In this document: positions 31,629 through 42,220 of the stretch, piece by piece
How the letters are laid out: each line of letters begins with the position of its first letter
How positions within the stretch are numbered: position 1 is the stretch's first letter
NCBI RefSeq assembly: GCF_009914755.1
Contig: NC_060944.1
DNA from: the human T2T-CHM13v2.0 reference genome, Homo sapiens
Strand: one strand, 5' to 3'
Length of the DNA stretch: 64,000 nt
Program-made: the position numbers and the translations under genes
The notes under the pieces: model-generated
Databases searched by the model: none
Seen by the model: the letters and a program-made list of their open reading frames with translations, nothing else
Told to the model about the DNA's origin: nothing

Positions 31629-32347
31629 AGACATATAAGACTTTTGAAGGACTGTGTATTTTTGTGTCTGTCTATATCTATATATATTACAGAGATAATA
31701 TAGAATTACTCTCCAGAAAGCATGCAGTCATTTATGTGCCTTCTAGCTCATGCATTCTCCATGAAGGCAGAAATCGGCTATTAGGGTTGGGGGCAGTCCT
31801 AGAGATTACAGTGGTTTGTGGCCCTCCTGCAGGTACAGTGCATAAACAGATACACAGTACATCTGTAGTACTAAAATTTTATACAGGGGCTATATTGACA
31901 AAAAGGTTGAGAAGTACTGTTCTAGCTGTATGTGACTCCATACATCTGTCTCCACCTTGGAAGCTTTCAAATCTTAGCTTTGGGATTTTGGTTTTGGGTT
32001 TAAGAATAATATTTTTCTGACGTAAAACTTCTTGGTTCATTATACAAAGTTGAAGAAACTGAGAAAGTTGTGAATAAAATTTATCTGGAGGTTACCAATA
32101 TTAATATTTTAAAATATTAATACTTAATATTTTAATCTATGTTTTTAGGTTTGTGTTCCGCCCTTCTTACATAATTGTCATTGTAGGATTATCATTGTTC
32201 ATCTGAGCCAAGGACCACCCTGAAATATCCCTTGTGCTATGGTCTCATGCAAGGGTTTCCCATGCCTGTGAGTGTGTTTGTGATCCCACATGTATCAGGT
32301 GCCTGGCTGCTCTGGGACTTGCAGTAATTGTCTCTTGTTTGTTTCAG

Positions 32348-32401
32348 GTGTGATCCCCTGGGCCCGTTTGTTGTCGGGGGAGAAGACTTAGACCCTTTTG
32401 G
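32348..32401 (+). CDS. PSMF1: PSMF1 coding exon (probably exon 5), 54 nt
   Basis: Acceptor gtttcag|G; encodes CDPLGPFVVGGEDLDPF(G); donor GG|gtgagt. Frame is continuous with the flanking exons. Confidence 0.96.
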
Positions 32402-33535
32402 GTGAGTACTGCTGGGGAGGTGGCAGCAACACAACTTGCTTTTGTGGCTTTTCAGCCCCAGCTCATCTTCTAATTTTAGAGTTTTCGGTCAGTCTCTTCC
32501 TTTGGGGTGGAGGAGGCAGTTGTTGCTGAGCAGCTGAGAAAGCACTGCCACATACGCTGCCCCTCCACACCTAGAGCGGTGCAGGAGAGCACTGAGTGTT
32601 GGCAGGGAGGTGAACAAGCCTAGCAGGCAGCTCTTCTGCCATTTCCCGGTCCCCCTGCCCACCCTAGTTTATCAGATGTATAGTGAGGAGCACATGGTGG
32701 GCCTTAGGGCAGCTCAGGGCTATTCAGAGGTTGCCCCACTTAATAAAGGGAGTCTCTGAGCCCCATTAGACTCTGGATGGTTCTTATGCATCCAACAAAG
32801 TTACTACAGCCTCTGCTATCCACTGTCTTCCCTGAATGATTCCAAATAGATTTTAACCTCTGCTACAAAGTGACCCCGACTTCAGCATCTCATTTGTAGA
32901 CAGTGGGGATATCACTTAAGTCTGCAGTGCAGCTTAAGCAGTGACCTCAAAATTTGGGGAACCATCAGCTCATTCATCCTAGTTTGAGCACATGAGGTCA
33001 GGTCAGTGGAACTCCATGAGGGACAGATGCTGTCAGGAGCCACACTTAGGCAATCTACAGGCAGTCAGAAATTGCCCTGAGGCCCTTAAGGGAAAGAGAA
33101 AAAAAACCAACATCACGAATTACCTCAATGCTATAATTAGTCCTTAAACCTAAAGTAGCACCCTGCAGAACCTTGTGAGTGCATTGTAGTTGACCTTGGC
33201 AAGTTCTGGCTCTTGGTCTTGATCAAGTTGGCCCTCTTGAGTATATGATATGGCAGGGATCTCAATTTTGAGGAGCCCTACAGAACCAAAAGCACTGTGC
33301 AGAACCAACCCCTGCAGAGCCAGAAGTACTCAGCTGTGAGGTATGCTCTTCGTATAGGCTTTGTGTTCTTGCCCTTGCCCACTTTCCGCTGGCTCTCAGG
33401 CAGCCATCCACATGTCTGCTTGGGCCATCCAGAGTAGACATCCCAGCCATTCTTGGTGCATTGTAACCTCCCTCGCCTTTTCTCCAAGGGCAGTCCTTGC
33501 CACACCTGCTTACCTAACTTTTCTTCTTGCCTCAG

Positions 33536-33694
33536 GCCTCGGAGAGGTGGCATGATTGTGGATCCCCTGAGATCTGGCTTCCCAAGAGCACTTATTGACC
33601 CTTCCTCAGGCCTCCCGAACCGACTTCCTCCAGGCGCTGTGCCCCCAGGAGCTCGCTTTGACCCCTTTGGACCCATTGGGACCAGCCCACCCGG
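33536..33694 (+). CDS. PSMF1: PSMF1 coding exon (probably exon 6), 159 nt, proline-rich region
   Basis: Acceptor ctcag|G; encodes PRRGGMIVDPLRSGFPRALIDPSSGLPNRLPPGAVPPGARFDPFGPIGTSPP(G); donor GG|gtacgt. Confidence 0.97.
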
Positions 33695-34246
33695 GTACGT
33701 AGTCACTCAGGTATGCTGAGAAGTAGGACCTGATGGCAGCTTGGTTCAGTGTGGCAGCAATGAAGGTTTCTAGCCCCAGGCACAGAGCTGCCGCTGCCTT
33801 CACCTGTTGCTGCCAGGAGAGTGGAGCCTCCTCCAGGGCCCTGCCTGATTTCTCCCTGGAGCCTTCTAGGAGCTTCCTATCCCTCAGTGCCTCTCTTTCC
33901 CCAGCTCCACTCTGGGGAGGACTCAAAGTAGGAGGAACTAACAATTCTTGAAAGTTAAGTATGTGGCAGAAACTCAGTGGATCCTTTCTTCAGCAGTCTT
34001 GGGTAGATGGTGGCGTCTACATTTTATAGATGCAGAAAATGAGGCCCTGAAAGATTAGGTAACTTATACCAAGCGGGGGAGTCAGGATTCAAACCCCGGT
34101 TGTCTGGCTCTTGAGTGCATGTGTTTAAATTCCTCACACCGCCACATCATGTTGAAGGGCAGGCTCCCTCAGTGCAGGGTCATGTCTGCCCATGTTCCCC
34201 TGGTCTCTCCATCACTCCAACTCATCAGCCCCTCTTTCCATTCCAG

Positions 34247-34298
34247 ACCTAACCCAGACCATCTCCCCCCGCCGGGCTACGATGACATGTACCTGTGA
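34247..34298 (+). CDS. PSMF1: PSMF1 last coding segment, ending in the HbYX motif (MYL) and TGA
   Basis: Acceptor ttccag|A; encodes PNPDHLPPPGYDDMYL*; TGA at 34296-34298. Confidence 0.97.
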
Positions 34299-36517
34299 AG
34301 GCCTCAAGAATGTAACATCCCAGGCTTCCCTCCATTCTCCTGGAGCTGCCACCGCTGTCCCCATCAGCAACCATGTTCTTGCAGGCTGGGGGCAAGGGAT
34401 TCTGCTCATGTGTTTGCAGACCGGCTGGGATAGCCTCCCCACCCCTTATCAGAGCCAAGACACCTGCTGCAGCTCTCCACCTAGCTGCAGATAGCTCCCA
34501 AAGAGAAATCAGTGTGTCTCTTTCACCATCAGCTCCTCCCCTTTCACCACCAGCTCCTCTCCACTTCCCAAGGGAGACTCCGGCAACCTTCAGCAACATA
34601 TATCCTCGACCAGATGCAGTGCTATAAGAACAGAACGCATTTTGGATGTTATTATTAAGAACCAAATGTCAATACAGAATTCATGTTGCCGGTTTCCCAC
34701 TTTTCTTTTCACATTAATGCATAGCTGCTTCCATTTATGAGACTTTAGAGTTTGAGTTTCTGTAGGGCTGAATGACTCTTTTTCCTGCCCAGGGCCCATT
34801 CTTGCTTCTCAGGCACCTTCCGTTTATTAATTGCCATTGCTCCTGACATCACTAAGATGGGTCCCCTTCTGGCTGCATGAATGGAAATGAGTGACTGGAA
34901 ATCCCATAGGCCACAAGAATGACTTTCACAAGGGCAGGAACATTGTGGAAAGACTGCATCATTCTGATGAGGCAAAATCCTCCAGCTATTCCTGTCTGGG
35001 CCAGTTTTGTAGGTCCATCTGTGCATGGGCAGCAGTAGTCAAAAAGCCAAGGAAAAAACAGAGCAGACCTGAAGGCTAATCTTATTTTTGCCACTAACTT
35101 AGTGAATGACCCTAAGCAAGTTCCTTCTCCTCTTAGGGCCTTGTGCCAAGCCTATGAAATTGGAGGTGGCTTTCCTGCTCTAAAGCATTTTGATGTCTCA
35201 TTCTGTGTTTGGTAACCCCTATAAACTGGGGCAGAGGAAAAGAATGATGGTTCAAGGCCATACTTCCCTTGAACCTTGTGTGGTTCTTGCCTAACTCTGT
35301 GGTTTTTGGACCCCATGGGGCCCAGACAGAGCACAGGAGCATGGGCTGCCTCTGAGTGTGGTGTTGAACTTCGGGAGGAGCAGGGAGCCCTGCACCTTGT
35401 GTCCTGGCCCACCTGACCTTTGGTGTTCTCCGGATCCTTTTCAGCCCGAGGCCTGACAGACGCGGGCAGTGATGAGCCCTGTTCTGGAGTGGAAAGAGCA
35501 CGATAGAGCACCAGGCTAAGAGGCACGAGATCAAGGCGGTAGTCACTTCCGCTCTGCAGCTAGCATTTCAACCATATGTGGATCCTTTCATTTCTCAGCT
35601 CCCTGGATTCCTTCCCCTAAATTAGGACCTATTATTTACCTGTAGGTAAGCAAGCTACTGTAGCTCTTCTGAGGTATCTGCCAGGCTGTTTTCTGTAGCC
35701 TCAGATTGCCTATCTGCTTAGCCTGAGAACAGGTAGATGAAAACTAAACTGATGCCTAGGCCCAGGGTCAGTCTCAGATGGAAGCTGGGCCTGGGTGGGG
35801 AGGCTAGCATGCGTGGCTCCCTGGGTATTTCTGTCAGTCCCCATGGCAAGCAGTGATTTAGTAAAACACCCCAGAGTCAGGGAAGCCAACCACCTTGAAA
35901 CCTTTAGAACATCTCTGCTTTGGAGAAAGACCCAGAGATCAGGCAGAGGTGCAGATTCAATCATTACTCATAACCTTTGAGAGCTGGCAAATGGGAGGAG
36001 TGTTAGTCTTTGTTTTGGAATTGGACCATTCTTGCAACCAAAAGGACTTAGAGCAGTTTGCTCATAAAGACATCCTTTATTATAAAAGGAAGTATTTAAA
36101 GGATGATAGAGACCATCAGATAGAAGCAGGGAAGGTAGATAACTTTTAGGACCTTGATGTGAGGAAAAGATAAAATTTAAACAATAAATTTGCCACTTAG
36201 ATTTTCTAGCAGCAAAGTCCGAAAAGATAGTTATATACAAAATTCTGTTTTCTGAAAACAAAATTGTGATTCACCTTCAGAATTGGCCATTTTTTTTGTG
36301 AGTTTCCTTGCATCAAGGACACTGAGAAACACAGTCATTGTCTTAGGTGTTCTATGGGAGGAAGTGAATAGAGCCTTTAGGAACTTCCTGGTCAAGCTTA
36401 TGGTGCTTATTTTGATCTGGGCCACTTCCCTCCTTCCAGTCATGAGTAATCATCAAGGAGCAAGTTGGAGTGTTTCAGGTGTATATTTTGTAGAACCCAA
36501 AAGATTGGAGCCTTAAC

Positions 36518-36523
36518 AATAAA
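36518..36523 (+). terminator. PSMF1: Candidate proximal poly(A) signal of PSMF1
   Basis: AATAAA followed about 20-35 nt later by a U-rich stretch (tgttcctccttttttt). Confidence 0.55.
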
Positions 36524-36544
36524 CATCAGCACTAAGTGACCTGT

Positions 36545-37290
36545 TCCTCCTTTTTTAAATAGCAGCTTTATTGAGATATAATTTACATACCCATAATTTA
36601 CATACCTGTTTAAAGTATACAATTCAGTGGATTTAGTATGTTCACAGTGTTGCACATCCACCACCATTTCTAATTCCTGAACATTTTCACCACCTCAAAA
36701 AGAAACCACACACCCATTGGCATGACTCCCCATTCCCTTGCTCCCAGCCCCAGGCAACCACTAACATCTGTCTCTAAAGATTTTTTTTTTTTTTCTGGAC
36801 AGTTCTCATAAGTGGAATCACTCAGTATTATGGCCTTTTGTGTCTGGCTTCTTTCATTTCATGTGATGTTTTCAAGATTCATTCATGCTGTAGCATGTAT
36901 CCATGGTATGGATATATCACATTTTGCTTATCCTTTTATCAGTTGATGGACAGTTGGGTTGTTTCTACAAAAAGGCTATTATGAGTAATGCAGCCAAGAA
37001 CATTTGTGTACCAGTTTTTGAGTTTTCAGTTGTTTGAGTTTCAGATGTTTTCAGTTCATTTGGGTATATACCAAGGAGTGGAATTGCTGGTTCACATGGT
37101 AGCTCTATATTCTACTTTGTGAGGAATTGTCAGACTGTTTTCCACGGAAGCTGCACCATTTTACATTTCCACTGGTAATTTATGAGGGTTCCAGTTTCCC
37201 CACATCTTCACCAGCTCTTGTTATTTTTCATGCTTATGGCCATCCTAGTTAGCGTGAAGTAGCATCTCATTGTGGTCTTCTCTTCCATTT
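36545..37290 (-). mobile_element. L1MB-type 3' end downstream of the PSMF1 stop
   Basis: cagctttattgagatataatttacatac...tttgggtatatacc..ggagtggaattgctgg. Confidence 0.85.
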
Positions 37291-38228
37291 TTTAAAAAAG
37301 AATTTTGACCTACACCAAGCAAGGCAGAGACCAGAGTCAGTCCCCCTTGGGGAGCAGTCTGTGGTTTTGATAATCACCACCTTGGGATGAACATGGCTGG
37401 TGAGCTGCAGAGCAGTTGATTTGACTTTTGGGGATGGTTCTAGGCTGGATGTGATACAGGGCAGGTTTTGCCTCTAGAGAAAGTTCTCATGACCTTCAGG
37501 TCTAATGAGATTCAGATCATCACTTTGGTTTGGTTTGAAATTTCTTTGTTTATCCAGTGAATTACAAGTAGAATAAAGATCTGGTTCTAAATTGTCTTTT
37601 GGTGGTGAAGTGCCATAGACCATTTCGGACCATTTCTATGATGTACCAGCAGCCCCCACATCACACCTCCTCTTCCTTGGCTTGTCTCTTCCCCAATTCT
37701 TAGAGTTAGCAGTGTTTCTTACTGCATTCATCTCCTCAGTCATAAGTGTCTGTCAACCTCCGTTGTGAAGTCATGAGTCTCTTGAGACTGAAACTCCAAG
37801 AATGTATTGTGCTCACAGTGGCGATGGTGTTCCTGTGCTGGATGGTCAGTGGTTGTTGACATGTAGTTAGAAAATAGGTAGCAAGTTCCACGCAGCCTCA
37901 CTCTTTGGAACCTAGTTTCTCCTATGGCCTCCCTTTCTACTGTTGTTAATAACATTCTATTAATGATCCATGCCTCTCTTCACAGGAGGAATATTAGAAT
38001 CTATGGAGCAGTTAGTATTCTTTGTCACCTAAATTTGTCTACTTCTGTACATTTCCAATAAGGCACCACCAGGGCAAGGGAAGATTCCCCACATGTATAT
38101 CCCCAGCTGTTTCTGTCATAAAACTTGCATGTGTATAAACCACTATTGACTTTTTGCACCAAAGGAGATATTCAAGGACAGACATCCAAGTCCCCAGCCC
38201 TTTATTGCCCTTGGGATACCACAAGGCA

Positions 38229-38907
38229 CAGATACAGGCAGCTGCTGTGTGGCTCTGGAGTTCCTAATCCCCAGATTGTAGCAATGATGATGTGATCCTG
38301 CTGCTCTCTGGACCGTAACCTTTTTGGTTACAAAAGGTAAATTTCTGTTTACTGCATCTGAACCCCAGGACTAATGCGTCACTGCATTAACCCCAGGACA
38401 CATGGACCAAGTCACTGCGGCCGTACTTGGCCCTGAATCTGTCCTGGAGGGTGGGTCAAAAGGCAAGGGTGGCAGGTAGGATGGTAGGCAGTGAGGGGTG
38501 GCAAGGCCTAGCTGACTGAGGACAGACCCAGCAACAATGACAGGAGGTTTGAACACCTCACGAGTGGTAGTGCCCATGGGAGGTGCGAAGTGGAAGGCCC
38601 AGCCCTTGCTTGGAGGAACGTGAGGCTGATGGTGCAGTGCAATAGAGGTCACTGGATGCCCATTTGAACAGCTGCGTTCCAGATGAGCCACCTAAGGTGG
38701 ATGTTGTGAGAGTCACAGTGGGTTTAGAGGGACAAGGTAGTGAGAGGATGCTGCTGACGCATTAGTCCTGGGATTCAGCTGCAGTAAACAGAAATTTACC
38801 TTTTGTAACCAAAAAGGTAATGGTCCAGAGAGCAGCAGGATCACATCATCATTGCTACAATCTGGGGATTAGGAACTCCAGAGCCACACAGCAGCTGCCT
38901 ATATCTG
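38229..38907. repeat. Long inverted repeat: arms 38229-38381 and 38755-38907 (153 bp each, 5 differences), 373 bp spacer
   Basis: Base-by-base reverse-complement comparison; no indels. Confidence 0.97.
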
Positions 38908-39169
38908 CACCAAAAAGTAGATGTCCTTCACACTGCCATCTGGACACCACTCAGCTAGCTCATCCAAGTTCAAGGCTCAATTGAATGCGTCTGGTTGTTG
39001 GAACCTACATGGCCTCTCAAATGGTACTGGCATGGAATATTGGGGAGATGTCTTTATTCCCTCTTCCCACCTTTCCTGGAAGGTGCACTGGGACAGAGGT
39101 CTAGTGAGCCAATCTTCTGTGTTGTCTACGCCATGGACCATGATATAAATGGGTACCACAGCCTTGCAT

Positions 39170-39490
39170 GCCTGAGCCTAACCATCTCCTGAGATGCTTG
39201 CTCTAAGTACACATTAGTACATGCTGGGCCCCAATCTAGATCTCAAGGGAACGGCCTTCAGATCCATTTTTGACAAGTTCCTTTTGTGAGTCCTATGATC
39301 ATGCAAGTTTGAGAACTGAGAAGGGAGGGGAAGACCTACCTCCTTGTTACTCAGACCACCAGCAACAGCAGCATCACCTGGGAACCTGTTACACATGCAG
39401 AATCTCAAGCCCCACCCCAGACATTGAATGAGAATCTGCATTTTAACAAGTTCTCCATGAGATTTGTGTAAACTTAAAGTGAGAGAAGCT
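39170..39490. mobile_element. MER5-type MITE(s)
   Basis: cagcagcatcacctgggaac...atgcagaatctc...gaatctgcattttaacaag motif set. Confidence 0.7.
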
Positions 39491-41436
39491 CACATGGACT
39501 ATGTCTTTTTCCTTTACGTGAATATCGAGTACAAAGAATTGAGCCAGTCAGTCCTCTTGGTTAATGGCACATTATGATTAATGCATGCATGAACTCTGAT
39601 TCGAAGTTTTCGTTGATTTTACCCCCAGTATCCACTCCATTCCTTTGCCCCCATGGGTCACTTAGATGTGTTTCATGTTATCTTTAAAAATGCAGCACCT
39701 TTATAGCATACATTATATCTTCAAACCATAACCATAATGAGGTGTTATCCCCATTTCCTGTACCAGAAAAGGAAGGATTGGGAAGGTCCAGTAATTTGCT
39801 CAGGGTCAAGCAGGAGTCTCAGACTCAGTCAAGCGTGGTTACTCACAGCCCTCCCTTTCTCAGTGTGTGGCCTTCCTCATCCACAAAATGAGCATCACCC
39901 CTACCTGCAGGATTCTTGCAAGATCCAACCAAATAATGTGTCTTATTAACAGAGAGTTGGGGCTCGGTGGGTGCTTGCTGCAATTGTTACTAAAGTCATA
40001 TGGGTAGATAAGGGTGGGACTCAAGGACAAGAGAGGAACCTTGGAATATCCCCCAGTGCAGGAAACAAGCATTTATCAGGTGCACACAGCGTGCTAGGCT
40101 TCTCCTCATCGCATGTAGTACCCCTGACAACCCCAAGGTAAACACAGCTAGTGGCATTAGTTGAGATGCTGCACCTACCCCCTGGGGTGGCAGAACCGTG
40201 ATTGGAACCCAGGTCAGTGCTCTTTTCAGTAGAACTGCTGTACCCAGACCTCACATCCTCTCTAGGTGAGGTGCATGGGTCCCTGGGCAAAACCCATTCC
40301 AGAAGCTGGGAAACCACGTCAGGACTTGTGTGAGAAAGGAGTGATGCTTCATAATCCCCAGGATGGTCTTAAGGCTCCTCAGTCAGTCCTATTTGCACAG
40401 CGTGCCTCATGCTCCTGAGTACCTCCACCTGCAGCCACAGTGCCCAGAGCACCTGGTTAGGAGGAGCATCTGAAACCACCTGCACAACCTCCATTCCACA
40501 GAGGAAGAAACAGGCTCAAGAAACCCATATGTGATGGGGAGCTCCTAACAGGCTTCCCTGGGCCACAGGAATGGGCTCGGGCTCTCTGCTGGGCTCTGTC
40601 ACCTGGCTCCATGTGCTGCTCACCTCGGCCTTCTGAGTTTAGTAGGATGGCAGCTAGTCTTCCCTATTGACAGGTGAAAAAGCAGGTCCACAGCTGTTGA
40701 GTGACTTTCCCAAGGCCACACAGACCACAAATCCTGGCTCCAAGTCCAGGGCGTTTCCAGTAAGCACTGTCCAAATCAGTCATGGAGGTCCCTGAGTGAC
40801 AAAAATATGCGGGACCCCTTCTTTCCCCCTCCCAGTTCCCGCAGCTAGGCTGAGTGTTAAGAGGAAGGTGCCATACAGGTTCAGCACCCTGGTCAGCGCC
40901 CAGCCTCCCTAAAGCCGCTGGAGGAGGCCTTTGGAGCCAGCTCAGGTCAGTGTCTGCTGCTTCCTTACCCAGGATGGCCCACTCTTGGGGACAGACAGGC
41001 ATCCTGAGAGGAGGGGGCCTGGACCTAGGTGTCTTGCCACCCAATACAGAGCCCTGCCCTCTCCCTCTCCTTCAGAAGGAAGTATGGGAGCAGTTCCATC
41101 CTCAAGGTTTCTTGGTTCCCAGGACAGAAATTTGAGTGAGAAGCATGTGAAGAGAGGGATGGCCCAGGGGCCCTTGGCCATGGTGGCCTTGGACAAGTTT
41201 GGCTTTCCCCATCTGTAAAATGTAGATAAGGATGGACCCACCTCCCCAAGATCCTGCCTATCTGTGAGAGTCCATGACTAAGTGGGCCATGGGCTGGACT
41301 GAGTTCAGTGCTCCCCCAACCTGCCCTCCTCCTCTCCCCCACAGAGCTTCCCAATTTACATGTAAACCTTGGGCATCAAAGTGACAGCTGATAGCCCAGG
41401 TTTGCCCACAAATGTGCTCTGACTGGCGTGCATGTT

Positions 41437-41442
41437 ATTAAA
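41437..41442 (+). terminator. PSMF1: Candidate distal poly(A) signal of PSMF1
   Basis: ATTAAA followed by GU/U-rich sequence (gagttttgactctgttcttt). Confidence 0.4.
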
Positions 41443-41989
41443 TTTGATAAGATGCATGATGGCAGCTATTAGAGTTTTGACTCTGTTCTTTACCAGTAGT
41501 GTGACCTTCGGCAAGTCACTTAACGTAGCTGTGCCAAAGCATCCTCATATGTAAAATGGAGGTAGTGATAGGACCCCTCTGTAGGATTGTTATGAGCTTT
41601 AAATGATCTAGTCCATGTAAAGACATAGATGAGGGCTTGGCACAGAGAGAACACTATTGTTTAAAAATAGGGTGACTTAATGTGTGTAATAAGTAACTGG
41701 TTCATTGCAGTGTACAAACATGAAGTGTTTTCTTTTTATTCAGCTGACCTCTATCAACTACTCCTTTCGTATCTCAATATCTTGGGCCCAGCCAATAACT
41801 AACTGGGCACTTTGATTTTCAAACTCAGTCCAGCCCAGCTTAAACTTTCCACCTCCCAAACTTGCAAGAGGTGGTCTCTGGCTTCTTCTGAGCTCTTGCT
41901 CCTCCAGTGTGGTGGGTGAGGGGGAGGAAGGGAGAAAAGTAAAGTCTCTTCACTGGCCATGATGATGAGGATGGTGAGAGGAGATTTTG

Positions 41990-42220
41990 GTTTTTGTTTA
42001 TTTGTTTTTTTAAGAAACAGAGTCTCTGTTGCCCAGGCTAGAGTACAGTGGCATGGTCAAAGCTCACTGCAGCCTCAAACTCCTGGCCTCAAGTGATCCT
42101 CAAGATGGAGTCTTGCTATGTTGCCCAGCCTGGTCTTGAACTCCTGGCCTTATGTGATCCTTCCACCTCACCCTCTGGAGTAGCTGAGATTACAGGCACA
42201 AGCCACTATGCCCAGCTACA
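41990..42220 (-). mobile_element. Rearranged old Alu (AluJ/FRAM pieces)
   Basis: Reverse Alu arm fragments joined out of normal order. Confidence 0.7.

Larger units (their letters stand above)
34299..41465 (+). other. PSMF1: PSMF1 3' UTR with alternative poly(A) signals; distal end uncertain
   Basis: Follows the stop codon. AATAAA at 36183, 36518 and 37572; ATTAAA at 41437. Which signals are used cannot be read from DNA. Confidence 0.55.
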
